Source of the DNA: Podarcis vaucheri
Lineage: Eukaryota
Strand: one strand, 5' to 3'
Length of the DNA stretch: 64,000 nt
NCBI GenBank assembly: GCA_965113315.1
Contig: OZ220363.1
Shown here: piece by piece, positions 1 to 12,921 of the stretch
Layout: each line of letters opens with the position of its first letter
How positions within the stretch are numbered: the stretch's first letter is position 1
Position numbers and translations under genes: made by a program
Notes under the pieces: generated by a model
Database searches by the model: none
Told to the model about the DNA's origin: nothing
The model's input: only the letters and a program-made list of their open reading frames with translations

Positions 1-713
1 GGCTCGAGCCTGCCAAAAATCCCAGAATACTGCCTGAACAACTGGGCCTGGTAACTCCACATCTAATACCCTTGAATGTGGTAGGGTATTCTTGTGGCTG
101 CATAAGGGTTGCCACCCCAGGCTTCAGCCTCCATAGGCCCTGGTCAGAGACCACGTAGGTGACCTCCACCCAGTAGGACCAGCCTTTGAACTTTACAGAG
201 TCTATTGCCATCCCTATAGCTCCCGAGGCCTAGCAGTGTATCAGTGTCAGGCGGCCACTTTTCCCTGTGTAGAGTGGGAACGTTTTGTGTGTAGATGCTG
301 TTCACGCCTCAGTAGGGCCAGGAGTTAGAGGCCCACATGACCTGGCCTTCATGGGCCACCATCCCTTTGGCCTGTGGTATTTCTGTGTTGGTGGTACAGT
401 TCTTTGTTCTGGGCCACCGAACATTCCTCGAATCAGGATGTGGATCATACCCTGCCTCCTGATGGTTCTCACCTCTCAGATGGCCACCGGGTGGAGGGAG
501 AACACCTTCCTGAACATGACCACGGCTGTGGCCAAGAGCCTGAACAGGTCTGAGTGTTGGGTATTTGAAGACTTGACAGGGTCATAGAGGGAGGCCCGTG
601 TATCCACAGAAGTGTACATTTCCTGGCTCTCTATGATATTGTACCTATAGGTCCATCAAGCGAAAATGGAGAACCGTACCGGTCACAGCATTTTCGTGAT
701 GGAAAGGGGGGAA
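1..713 (+). mobile_element. 3' internal portion of an endogenous retrovirus, ending in a polypurine tract (701-713)
   Basis: env-like N-terminal ORF at 438-587; PPT GGAAAGGGGGGAA immediately before the TG that starts the LTR. Confidence 0.7.
438..587 (+). pseudogene. env: Truncated retroviral env (signal peptide + start of SU), 49 aa
   Basis: MWIIPCLLMVLTSQMATG hydrophobic leader, then WRENTFLNMTTAVAKSLNRSECWV, resembling the W-x-EN-x-F...LN-x-S-x-CWVC start of ERV SU; stops just after CWV. Confidence 0.65.
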
Positions 714-1382
714 TGAAGGATTGGAAGCCAGGCTGTCCAGTTGAGAGCCAGGCCAGAACCATGTTTAACCTCTAAAAGCCATTTTTCTGTTGCAAAAGCC
801 ATTTCTCTGTTGCAGCTAAAACTATTCTTCTCTCTCTTGCTTTGCAAACAGCAAGCGTTACAAACAGCAAGTAGGTCACAGTTAAGATGTCTGCAGGTGC
901 AGGAAGCTTGTGGTTGGCCAGTTTTGCCATTTCTGAGAAACGACCCCTGACAAACAGGACGTAGCTAACCAGAGAAAGAAACTGTCAAAACCACAGGACG
1001 CAGTTCCAGTAAACACCTGCTCAAGCCCAGTTCCAGGAACTGGTAAATAGGTTATAAGCCAGTAGCGCCACCTAGTGGAATAGGCAACTTGGAACCGAAA
1101 GAACACACCAATTTATTAATTGGTTGAGCTTTAATGAATATGCATCAATGACCATAGGAAATTGTCAATCATTGGCTAAAGGGATGCCAAGGGGCTGAAC
1201 TGTGCTTTGCAAGAAGGTATATGAGTTAGCTACCCCCAAGGAGGGGGGGCATTCTTCATTTTCCTGAATGCACCCTATTTGCTTTTTGTCTGACAAAAAT
1301 CCAAATAAAAAAAACTTTTTCTTTAAGAAACTTTGCTGCCTGATTTTTTCATTCCTGGTCTGTATTTCTGAAGTCCCTTTCA
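714..1382 (+). mobile_element. ERV 3' LTR (~669 bp)
   Basis: Starts TGAAGGA right after the PPT, ends TCCCTTTCA (TGAA...TTCA); AATAAA at ~1304; short U3 tandem repeats (aaaagccattt x2). Confidence 0.75.
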
Positions 1383-1678
1383 AGATGGGCAGAGTATAAA
1401 TAATAAAATTATTATTACGTATGTCCCTATTTTCATTGGAGAAATGTTGGGAGGTATGCCATTTTGTTGCCTGAGGTGGAATGACTCCCTGTCTCCCGCA
1501 CCCAATGTTAAGGTGCATAATACTTGAGGCCAGCCAAGTACTTTGTCACCTGAGGCAGAAAATCCCATGATTTTACTGCCAATAAAAATAAGAGTAATAA
1601 TAAATTAACTGTCATTCAAAACCTGGAGTCTGAGATGGCCACCTCACTCTGTCTAATAGTAGGGCTGACCCTGTAAAG

Positions 1679-1928
1679 CATGGGTAGGCAAACTAAGGGC
1701 CGGGGGCTGGATCCAGCCCAATCGCCTTCTAAATCCGGCCCACAGACGGTCCAGGAATCAGCCTGTTTTTACATGAGTAGAAAGTGTCCTTTTATTTAAA
1801 ATGCATCTCTGGTTATTTGTGGGGCATAGGAATTTGTTCATCCCCCCCCTTCAAAATATAGTCCGGCCCCCCACAAGGTCTGAGGGACAGTGGAGCGGCC
1901 CCCTGCTAAAAAAGTTTGCTGACCCCTG
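1679..1928. mobile_element. Non-autonomous hAT-type MITE
   Basis: Ends CATGGGTAGGCAAAC...TTGCTGACCCCTG; 8-bp TSD ctgtaaag/ttgtaaag; related copy at 49970-50344. Confidence 0.75.
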
Positions 1929-2452
1929 TTGTAAAGCGTCCACGCTCACAGTACTCGCGACGCTGCACATACTTGTTTTGGTGACTCAGGGGCCAGCAGG
2001 CAACTGACCAAATGTCTGGATACTCCCTGAGAACAGGTGACAGTTGCCTTGTGCAGAGTGCACTCTTTCGGTACAGTTCCCAGGTGTATTTGCGTTCTCA
2101 CAGTTCTGCGGGCCATATAAATGTGTGGTTTGTTTCTTTGCTAGGACTTGTAGGTCCTGGTACTGTGCCATGACAGGCTTATGAATTACCGAGTCCTGCG
2201 TCGTGGTGAGAGGTGAGAGTGGGGCAGGAAGGGAATCCACAGAATCCCATAAGAGTGTTTTAACTCTTTTGCAGTGACAGGAGTGGGATCAACGCCTGAA
2301 CAAGCAGAGGATCCAGACTAAAGTGCACCTCTCCCAGTGCACCTCCAAGTTCCATTTCACCCCACTTTAAGGTTGGTGAAGTCTTCCCAGGATAAGGATT
2401 GGTATTGCAAGAGTGGTATTGATATCATCATCATCATCATCATCATTATCAT

Positions 2453-2805
2453 CAGTGCTTTTTTCTGGGGGGACGCAAGGGTACGCATACTCCTAAACAT
2501 TTTGTGACTATAACAGGAGAAGCAGCTAAAAACATTAAATTTTTTAGTTTCTTCTCTAGCACGGTGAATCATCAGTTCCGTTGCTACCCCTGATGACGGC
2601 CTCATTTCCTGTCACGGTGTTTCCCGAATCTCAGACGGAAGCGAGCGTTTAATGTGTGAAGTAGGAGTTGTAATCTAGCACGGTGATTGGTCAGTTTCAT
2701 TGTATTTACTGCGTTTACTTTTCCCAATTTGAACTATAAAATTGTGATTTTCCCTGAGTCAAAATGAGAGTACCCCTAAACATTTTTTTAAGAAAAAAAG
2801 CACTG
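2453..2805. mobile_element. Non-autonomous hAT-type element in an (ATC)n/(ATT)n tract
   Basis: TIRs CAGTGCTTTTTT...AAAAAAGCACTG; 8-bp TSD attatcat/attattat. Confidence 0.7.
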
Positions 2806-5800
2806 ATTATTATTATTATTATTAAAATGCACCAAGATTTAGTAGAGATTGTATCCCCTAGGCTGCAATCCTATTTATGTCTTTACTAACTCAAAAAGGG
2901 AGAGAAATAGCAAAGTTGGATAATATGGAGATGGGCAAAGTTTACTTTAATCATGCACGTCTAAAGGAAACCACTGGGACTAGCAGAGCGATGAGCCAAA
3001 GGAAATGAATGGGCTACTTGGTGGATAAAATTCAGATTGGAAATGCAAATGAATGCACGAGAGAGAGAGAGAGAGAGAGAGAGTGCAACTCCTACATTGG
3101 TTTAATTAGTTTTAAATTGGTTATATCCATGCAGGAGCAAATCTTGGGCACCTCATGGGCAGCCCCAGGAGCTCCTGCAGCTGTGACCCACATCCGGAGT
3201 TAAGTGATTTAAATGAGAAACTGGTAGAGAAAAGCAAAATAAATTGCCACTTTGGCATTATAATTCATTGGGGTTACACAGTTTCAAAGCACTAAACAAA
3301 GGAGCATATTGGAGTATCCTTAACCGATAAGTTTTACCCATCACAGCTGGGCGTGGGGAGACCAGATTGCTCCCTAAGGAAGCAAAAAATAGTCTTATCT
3401 GATATTTGGCAGCTTCCTAGGTTTTAAAATTCAGAACCCAATACCCAGTGCATGTTGTGGCGTTTGCACTGGACAGGCACCACTGTCAGAGGCTGATCAC
3501 TTCTTCTTATGCTGTGAAGGAAGGAGAAGCCAAGGCTAGACTTGGCCAAGTTGCCTCCTTCCTTTTCTCACTCCCAACAGGTGAGCAGAACCATCAGAGA
3601 AGACAGCCCTGATAAACTGGCATGTGAAGCGGGAAGGTGGGTGCTCTAGGAGTGTGTAGAAAGTGTCTAAGTTACTTAGAAGTCACACTGCTTGTCAGTG
3701 GTCTGGATCTGAGAGCATTTTCCCTGCTCAGAGCGAGTTGACTTTGGGTGCCCTGGACAAAGAATGGCGTGGTGATGACAGTGGAAACTAACATTTCTTG
3801 TGCACTTATCTGACTGATCACCTGTAAAAAGAGACAGCAGACACCAGGCTTATGAGATCTATTTTATTTTGTGTCAGAACCCCAAGATCCACGAATGTAG
3901 AGTCGGGTGCAACAGCCATATATGCTAAGAATTAAAGAATTCTGAGGGCAGGAATTTGCTTTGCTTTTTAAAAATTATTATTAAGTACCCAAGGCTTAAC
4001 AGAGCTCACAGTCCTTCCATACAAAATCCCACTGGGAGTCAGGAATCTTTCATGGTCTACTGTAAATCAGCAAGAGACCTACAGTAGGTCCCAATCTACT
4101 TTCTGCCTTCCTCAATGCTATTCGCTCATAGCTGTATATTTACAAATACACAGGTTACAAAGACACCAGTAAACCTCTGCCTAGCCCCTTTCACCTCCAA
4201 ATGAAATTGATTCTTCGAAGACTCGATCCGTTAAAGAGAGCACAAAGCATTTCCCCCTCATGGGTAAATTTTTTTAAGGTCAACTGGTACTTTGTTGGGG
4301 CCAACACTGAAAAACAAATAGCTGTCGGACCGTCAGGGATGAGCACTTAAAGGACTCAAAAAAATAATGAGTCTAACCATCTGGGCAGCTTCATTTAGAA
4401 AGAATTCAATGCCACAGATTAGTTTGTGTTGTAGAAGCAATAAAAAGTTCTTTTTAAAAAAGAGAGACCAATGTCTTGACATTCCAAAACAGACTGGGAG
4501 GCAAGGCAGTCCACTCTGCCAATAAGATGCTTATGCTAAAATAATTTCCACAAGGCTCTGGGTGGAACTGAGGCTGTGCAATAATGCAATAACATTGTTT
4601 CCCCTTGCTGCTTTTCAAGTCGCTTTTTCACATTGCTGTATTCATCGGAGAGTGGGTGGAAATGTCTTCACCCAATGCACATTACCCAATTTGCTTTCCC
4701 TCACCAAACTCCTGTTCAAGGAGGCTGTCGTCTGTGCATGCGTTGTCAACTGCACATGCACGACAGCTGTCTCAAATGTACACACCTAAGCTTCACGTTT
4801 TCAAATTGGATGGAAGCTGGTTTGAGGGAAAATGCATCAAACAGCAGTATTTCTTGAACTACAGGAGACAATATGGATTGTGGATAACTACATGCGTGCT
4901 CAGCTTCAAACACCAGTGGCAGGAGCACACTGAAGCCAGAATCAATGTCAATGAGTACACAGCCTAAATCCGAATGGAAGTTGTGCAGAGTAGAGCAGAG
5001 TTTAAGTACTTTAAATAAATAAATGTCTTGCTTAAAACTCTCCCTAGAAATTAAACATTATATGATTGAGATAGCATCATAAAACTAGATCCTACATTGT
5101 TTTAAACAGTTGCTGATTTATTTCTCAAGTGGTTGAGTGAAGACATATGGGTATGTTATATATTGTGATAAATAACACGGTTAAATTAATATCCAGCCAG
5201 CCAGCTAGCAAACAATAACATGGCCGAGCCACCTTGTGGAGCAAGGTTGAATTTGACATCACTCACACACTTCATCAGGAGAGGGGCAAAGAGCGGGGAG
5301 GTGGATGCGCCAATCTGAATTACATAACAAAAATGCTTCTCAACCCCAGAGCATTAGGAAGTCAAATTACCTCTCTGATGCCTTTCCTCATAGCTTCATC
5401 AAACACTGCAGGACTTGAATCTGCTAAAAGGCTTCTTCAAACACATTTATCTCTGCTAAAGTAAATGCGTGAAATAGCTCTCCTGTAGAAAAGGTCCTTT
5501 AAGTTCACCCATTGAAACCATCTGTTGTGTGAATCAAACGCAATAGCTTTATATGATTCCATTAAACACACAACATATATAGTTGGCAGAACGCCTTCTC
5601 ACCCCCTCATATTTTTTATTAAAGAGCCACAAGAGGTTATTTACTTTTATTGTTTTCTTAATTCCTATTTTCTTTCATCTTATTGGCAAGGAGCACCATG
5701 CACACTGATTTAAAAAATGCGTCCATAAAAATAACAAAACAATCGAGCCTAGACTGGTTCCCTCATTCATTTACATTTTTAATTTTTTTGATACGGTAGT

Positions 5801-6140
5801 GTCATATTTTTTTTAAAAACCATTCTAATTTCCTCTGGGGAATACCGGTATTTTGTGTGCAGGCACCACCCTGTGGTGACAATTGGTATTTATGTCAAGT
5901 GAAAAGCTTGAGAATTGAACAGGAATACTTGACTAGGTAGAGATACTAGCCATTTTCACACAGCCAGGATCAGGATGCGTTCCTAATTGTACGCGAGTGA
6001 AATCGAGCACAACCTCAAACAATCTCCTTGCGACTTTGCCACATCAGATGTGGTGGGCATCCTTTGCTTAACCAGTGCTATTTTTCTAGAAAAAAAGAGG
6101 TGCTGGAACTCACCATGAACACCTCCCTGGTTCTCTTATA

Positions 6141-6366
6141 CAGTGGTACCTCAGGTTAAGAACGTAATTCGTTTTGGAGGTCTGTTCTTAACCTAAAACT
6201 GTTCTTAACCTGAAGCACCACTTTAGCTAGTGGGGCCTCCTGCTGCTACTGCGCCGCCGGAGCAAAATTTCTGTTCTCATCGTGAAGCAAAATTCTTAAC
6301 CCAAGGTACTATTTCTGGGTTAGCGGAGTCTGTAACCTGAAGCGTATGTAACCCGAGGTACCACTG
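6141..6366. mobile_element. Tc1/mariner(Tigger)-type MITE nested in a small hAT-like repeat
   Basis: TIR CAGTGGTACCTC...GAGGTACCACTG, TA TSD; host repeat seen uninterrupted at ~7049-7190 and ~62402-62538. Confidence 0.8.
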
Positions 6367-7459
6367 TAATGGCAATGGTGCTCAGATGTGAAAAAGCCCT
6401 GCTTAAGCCTGCTCTAAGGCCAAATATGTTACAATGCTGCTGTTGTCCATGTAAACCTAATACCTTAAGGAAGGAAAGGACCACACATTATGAACGGTAC
6501 AGTGCTGCCGTTTAAATGGGCACCCCCACTGTGAGGTTTCCTCATCATCATCCCTACAATGAGGCAGAATGAGGCAGGTGCTTCAGGTGGCAGATTCTGA
6601 GGTCCGGGAGCAGCCAGAGCTGTGAGTGCCTACGCCAGCCTGTTGCCCTCAACTGCATTGGAAAACACTGTCCTTTCCCAGTATTGGAGTAAGATTCTAC
6701 TACCAGCCCCGCTGGCTCCTATATGTGCCTTGTGGAAGGCGCCATCTTGTCCTTCATCTCATAGCTGTCAACTTTTCCCTTTTCTTGTGAGGAATCCTAT
6801 TCGGAATAAGGGAATTTCCCTTAAAAAAAGGGAAACGTTGACAGCTATGCATCACCTCAGGTATTTATTAACAGCAGGCCTCTTTTACATTGCACCATGT
6901 AGTTCTTTTTCTCAGTATTTTCTAGACCAGCATAATGACCAATGCACAGAAGGTAACCTATTTGGAGGCACATGGTTCTTTTTAAGATCTTGTTGCTGTA
7001 TGTATTATTACTGTTTACAATTGCAATTTAGAAGTATAATAGGCTATACCAGTGCTATTTTTCTAGAAAAAGAGGTGCAGGAACTCACCATGAATGCCTC
7101 CATTCTTCTCTTATAATGGCAATGGCACCCACCTGAGAGGTACCGAAACTCAGTTCTGGTGAGTTCCTGCTGGAAAAAAAAAAAGCCCTGGGCTATGCTT
7201 AGAGATGGGCATGGTAACAGAAGCAGGTTTTAATTTCAAATAAAAATGCAAAGCTTTAATGGCTTCTGCCTGCAGCGATTATTCATGTATTTCTGGTTTT
7301 TATAGCAGCAGCAGCAGCAGTAGTTAATCAAGGGTGCAAATGACCAATGCCCAGTCTTGAGAGAAATGAGCTGTGCAAAAGATTCAGACAAACATGGCCC
7401 AACTGTTCATATAATGGTTACATAAGACGTGTATTTAGCATCACACACCTTTGCTCACA

Positions 7460-7610
7460 ATTTGCTGCAGATCAGCATGTCCTTCAGTTCTCTTCCTCCA
7501 TTAAAATGGCAAGCAAACAAAGGGGAGGGGGGCTCTTTCCAAAACCAGGAGAGCCATGTGTCTTTGCCAAGAGTCACATGCTCCAGGAACGGACAATATA
7601 AAAGCAAAAA
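7460..7610 (+). promoter_or_regulatory. G6PC2: Putative G6PC2 proximal promoter
   Basis: TATAAAA 7597-7603, E-box CACATG 7575-7580, FoxA-like AGCAAACA ~7512-7519, Maf-like TGCTGcagatCAGCA ~7463-7477; 150-290 bp upstream of the ATG. Confidence 0.5.
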
Positions 7611-7748
7611 ATCAACTACCGTTCACTGCTTTCATGTCCTCGTCTACTCTCCTTCCATGGTTTCAATTCTCCCATTGAAGCTAAAGAACAGAAGGGAACT
7701 TGCTTCATGCAAGGGACTCGGTCTTAGTGCAGTTTCTAACAAGTTAAG

Positions 7749-7966
7749 ATGGATCTTCTCCACAGCCATGGCGTGCTCATAATTCAGCATTTGCAGAAGG
7801 ATTACAGGTCATACCAGAGCTTTCTAAACTTCATGTCACATGTCGGAGATCCTCGGAACATTTTTTCAATTTATTTTCCTCTTTGGTTCCAGCTTAATCA
7901 AGTGGTTGGGACAAAAATGATCTGGGTGGCAGTGATCGGTGATTGGTTTAATCTTATATTTAAATG
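7749..7966 (+). CDS. G6PC2: G6PC2 exon 1 (218 bp coding)
   Basis: MDLLHSHGVLIIQHLQKDY...GDWFNLIFKW; donor TG|gtaagg. Confidence 0.95.
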
Positions 7967-9647
7967 GTAAGGTTTGTTGCTTCCTTGGAAACTTTGGGAA
8001 TGGCAGGATCCACAGTCTTCTGAGATGAGAAATCTTCCGGGGACTGTTGGTTACTGAAATTATTTAGGGTTTAATTCAATGCTAGCCGGAGTTGATCCAT
8101 TAACACTGATGTGTATAACTAACTTAGGCTCGTTAATTTCAATGGGTCTGTTCCCTTAGTTGGATGCAACCTGTAGTATATAAGCTTTGAAGAGTTATCT
8201 TTCCCCCTTTTAAACAAGACAAAGGAAAATAAGGCTTCTGCTTCAGTATATTATGGTAAAACTGATCTAGCAGTCAAGCAAGAATCATTAATATAAGAGA
8301 GACTGGTATGTTGCTAAATAACGTGTTGGATTTGTGTGCCCATTGAAGATAATGCTTTCTTTTCTGGCAGGATTTTGTTTGGTCATCGTCCATATTGGTG
8401 GGTCCAGGAGACAATGATCTATCCAAACCAAACTACCCCATGCCTTGAGCAGTTTCCTATAACATGTGAAACAGGACCAGGTAAGATATAGAGTATGGTC
8501 TGGATGCCACTGCAAAGCAGAACTGGGGTTCGTCTGTGCCTGCCTGGGAACATTGCCTTTGGTTCTATGATGGAAGGTGGGGAATAAATGTGAGAATAAT
8601 TTTGTGTATGTGTATGCGTCTTCACTACTATGGAGTTGCAAATGGCCAGCTGTCCGATTTTTTTTGGGGGGGGGAGATTTAAATTAGGGAAGAAATTCCC
8701 CAGAATGATTTAAAACAGCATGAAGAACTGAAAAGACCTGGTTCAACTGTTTGTGATAACATTCACATCCTTGCCCCCATCTAGAAAAGCAGTGTAGAAA
8801 ATGCTAGTCTTAGTAGGAGATTTCAACTTCAGAAGTAGGTTTCATAAGAACGATTAACTGCAGAAAAGAAAGAAGGAAGAGAAGGAAAATTTGCATATCT
8901 GCCATCATTGTAGCAGATGAATAGATCAGGTACTATTTGTTCCACCAGCTACAGGGTAGCTGAGTCAATCATTTATAAGGATGGGCTGGAAACCAATAAA
9001 ACTGTTTAGGACCAGCGACATAAGTGGCTTGGTACCCATTTCCCTGAGAAATTAATATCTAGTCTGGCTGCAAAGAACAGCTGCTTGAAGTGTTTCTTCA
9101 TACCATGCTTTTCCATACCATGTTACCAAGTATTACTACAGGCCAGCGAAATATGGATTTGACAAAAAGGAGCTGTGAGCAATTTACCAGGCACAGGAAC
9201 ATAGCAAGCTGCCTTATCCTGAGCCCGTCTTGTGGAGCCTTGTCTACATTGAGTGGCAGTGGCTCTTCAGGATTTCAGGCAGGGAGTCTCTCCTAGCCCA
9301 CCTGGATGCTGGGGATGGAACCTGGGACCCTCTGTGTGGAAAGCAGATGCTCTAACAGGTGAGCTATGGCCCTTCCCCAGATGCAACTGCCATGCACCAG
9401 CACCACATGGTATTGCGATTAGCCTGAAGACATGCGATGCAGTTCTACTACTGAAGCAAAGGAACACTGGCCCCATCAGCCAATCGCATGGGAAACCACC
9501 TGGGTTTCGCGTGTAAGTTGGAGGGCAAACGGGATGCAAGTGAAATAAATTGATGTAAGGATGGGGTGTTTGTATATAACTGTCCCGTCCCACCCTGGCA
9601 GCTCCGTACCCTCCAACATTTCTCTGATGAAAATAGAGGTGTCCTAT

Positions 9648-9701
<54 letters not shown>

Positions 9702-12022
9702 TGCTTTTATTATTTAAGTCTCACCCATCTGACTGGGTTGTCCCAGCCACTCTGGGCAGCTTCCAATATATATAAAAACATTATTAAATAGTAAACATTG
9801 AAAAACTTCCCTATACAGGGCTGCCTTCAAAAGTCTTATAAAGGTTGTATAGTTACTTAGTTATAGTTATTCCTTGGCTCAGGGGTAGCATAACTTCATA
9901 CCCTCCAACATTTCTCTGCTGAAAATAGGGGTGTCCTAAGGAAAAGCGGGACATTCCAGGATCAAATCAGAAACCAGGAAGGCTTCTGTAAATCCAGGAT
10001 TGTCCCTGGAAAATAGGGACACATGGAAGGTCTGCAGCTCCATCTCTAATAGATTAGAGATTAGAATGCTAATTTTGCTACCATGAGTATGGATCAGTTA
10101 CCTTTATGGTTAGGGATTTTCTTTGCTTTGCTTTTGAAGATTCATTGGCTGTTAGTTTCCATGGGTGATTTCTCCTTCTCTGGTCTGATGGGAGATGTCT
10201 CTTAAGACTGGGCATCTAATTGCTCTGCATGAACTGCATATGAATACTGCAGGCAATTTAGTCCTATGGGCACATCTGAAGTTTATAAGACACCTCTTAC
10301 CTGCTCCTGATCACTGTTTGCTGATCCCCCCCTGTAACTGCAGCATTGTTAATTAAGTCGTTTGGAATGCTAGATGCCCACAACCCTGCCTTGCGACAGA
10401 CACATGGGCTTTGGAGATGTACTGGTGCCTTTTGGAATTTTACCACTGCCTTTCTTATTTCCCCACAGGAAGCCCCTCTGGACATGCCATGGGATCATCA
10501 TGTGTCTGGTATGTGATGGTGTCAGCAGCCCTGAGCTACACGGTGAGGCAGAAAGGGAAATCAACCATTAATCTGCACAGGTCAGTCTTCTTCCCAAAGC
10601 CACCCATTTAGGAATGTTATACATTTGCCACGAGATGGGCAGTGTGAAAATGTGAAAATGCTTTCGGTCACCTTTTGTTACTGTTTTTTTGATCAAGCAG
10701 CAACAATACAAAGGAGATTTTGCAGCGGTTCCTTTGGTAACTTAAAGCTTTATGTGCCATTAATGCCGAACTCAAGAGAGAGGAGCGGAGGGTGAGATGA
10801 TAAAGACATGCCCTCACAGAAGGCTAGAGAGGCCCATGCCGCTTCCAATTATGGAGACCTTTCACCATGAAACAATTAAAAATGACAAAACATGAAAACA
10901 AAATAAAATAATTTTTTGGTCTGATGCACTTAAAAAACAGGTACAGTGGTACCTCGGGTTAAGTACTTAATTCGTTCTGGAGGTCCGTACTTAACCTGAA
11001 ACTGTTCTTAACCTGAAGCACCACTTTAGCTAATGGGGCCTCCCACTCCACTGCTGCTGTGCCGCCGGAGCACAATTTCTGTTCTCATCCTGAAGCAAAG
11101 TTCTTAACCTGAAGCACTATTTCTGGGTTAGCAGAGTTTGTAACCTGAAGCATATGTAACCCGAGGTACCTACCACTGTAGTGGCATGCTAAATGCCAAA
11201 ATAAAAAACAAGTTTCTAAATTTGAGGACTCTTTGACTTTGAGGTCCAGGCCAACTGACCCCTGTGGCATCCACTCTGATCAGCCCTGAACTGAGATGTG
11301 GATGCTGAGAAGAGAGAGGGGGAAAACAGTCTAATAATTTTCATTTGGTTTTTGTTATTATTTCCTCCAACTGTTTCTTTAACAGACTCACCTGGTCTTT
11401 CCTGTGGAGCATGTTCTGGATTATTCAGATCAGTGTGTGTGTCTCGAGAGTCTTCATAGCAACACATTTCCCTCACCAAGTCATCCTTGGAGTGATTGCT
11501 GGTAATAAGGACAGAGCTTTCTTTTTCTATGGCAGGATTTTCTATGTACAGGATTTTGTATATTACGGGAAAGTGGGTTCATAAGTATATTATGTGGGTA
11601 GTGGGAGTGCATACCGTACCTAACCAGTTGTCCATGTCAATGTTAAAGTTGTTTTCAAAATTCTGAGGCGATAAGGAATAAGAAGCGGTGGCAGCAAGGC
11701 TAAATTTCACACACTGATTTTAACTTCTTTAGCTGCTGGCTTCTAGTGAAGACTTTTAAGTGAACAGGAAGTGTACTTAGTTTAGGCTATGTACCTATTA
11801 GTGACTTAAACTCCTCTGTATTTTAAGTCACATTTCCACATTGCGGTACACACCAGAGTGACGGTGGGGCTGTCTCCACCTGATGTGCTGGACCTATTTG
11901 GTTTCCCAATGCCTGCAACCCATTCAAGAAGTTGTCATCTGTGCATGTGCAATGACTTTCTCAAGTGGTCACACCTCAGCTTAACTGCAGAGTGACTGTG
12001 GCTGACCTTTTCAATTCAGATG

Positions 12023-12060
<38 letters not shown>

Positions 12061-12921
12061 CCTCTAAGTGATTTTAAAAAAGGTAAAACATTAAAAGTAA
12101 CTAAAGGCAGTTAATAACAGGTATTTAAAAATTTTCAAAAGATGATTAAAATCAACAGTAAACAAAAGGATTAAACACATGCCAGCGTTCTTCATGTCTG
12201 GATACTCTTGCCTAAACAAAAACATTTTAAGCAGATGACAAAAAGAGAACAGCGAAGGTGCCTGTCTTACGAAGGGATACATTTTGCAATACCTTAAATA
12301 TCACACCAAACTCTCATTCTGGTGTGTGGTTTTTTTTTTGGCTAAGCACGGAAATATATCCGTTTCAAGTAAACACATCACTTCTAATGTCTCGTTTCTT
12401 CATTCACAGGCATGCTCGTTGCTGAAGCGTTTGAACATGCCCCAGCCATCCAAACAGCAAGTTTAAAAGCATATATCCAGACAAATGTGTTCCTCTTTGT
12501 TTCCGCTCTCGGCTTTTACTTGGTTCTGAAGCTTATCGATATTGATCTTTTGTGGTCTATTCCGAAGGCAAAGAAGTGGTGTGCCAACCCAGAGTGGATC
12601 AATATTGACACGACTCCATTCGCCGGACTGGTGAGGAACTTAGGTGCCCTGTTTGGGCTAGGCCTCAGCATTAACTCTGAGATGTTTATCTTGGGCTGTA
12701 AAGGTAAACATGGCTATAAACTGAGTTTCAGGATGTCATGCATAGCTACATCCTTAGCCACGCTGCAGCTCTATGATTTTATCAAGATACCCACCCACAC
12801 TGAGTATCTGTTTTACATCCTTTCTTTCTGTAAAAGTGCAGCCATACCGCTTACGGTAGTGGCCTTTGTTCCGTATTGCATATACTTGCTCATGAAGCCA
12901 ACAGAAAAGAAGTTTTGGTAG
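7749..12921 (+). CDS. G6PC2: Glucose-6-phosphatase catalytic subunit 2; join(7749..7966,8371..8480,10469..10580,11386..11501,12410..12921), 355 aa
   Basis: All introns GT-AG; 1068 nt open frame; motifs HRPYWW, PSGHAMG, ATHFPHQ; C-terminal KKFW dilysine ER signal; tail-to-tail with ABCB11 as in mammals. Confidence 0.96.
8371..8480 (+). CDS. G6PC2: G6PC2 exon 2 (110 bp)
   Basis: ILFGHRPYWWVQET...CETGPG; ggcag| and |gtaaga. Confidence 0.95.
9600..10035. repeat. Composite repeat: (AAT)n + L2 3' fragment between two ~40-bp direct repeats
   Basis: taccctccaacatttctctg.tgaaaatag.ggtgtccta at ~9607 and ~9899; (AAT)n 9650-9700; L2-end sequence as at 30150. Confidence 0.55.
10469..10580 (+). CDS. G6PC2: G6PC2 exon 3 (112 bp)
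   Basis: SPSGHAMGSSCVWYVMV...LHR; cacag| and |gtcagt. Confidence 0.95.
10944..11178. mobile_element. Tc1/mariner(Tigger)-type MITE
   Basis: Same family as 6141-6366; TA TSD. Confidence 0.8.
11386..11501 (+). CDS. G6PC2: G6PC2 exon 4 (116 bp)
   Basis: LTWSFLWSMFWIIQISVCVSRVFIATHFPHQVILGVIAG. Confidence 0.95.
12025..12058. repeat. (GT)n microsatellite
   Basis: Seen directly. Confidence 0.95.
12410..12921 (+). CDS. G6PC2: G6PC2 exon 5 (512 bp coding)
   Basis: MLVAEAFEH...KWCANPEWINIDTTPFAGLVRNLG...KKFW*. Confidence 0.95.

Noticed and set aside
4562-4967. Cluster of overlapping 60-120 aa ORFs upstream of G6PC2
   Set aside because: No recognisable homology (not evidently SPC25) and no convincing exon structure
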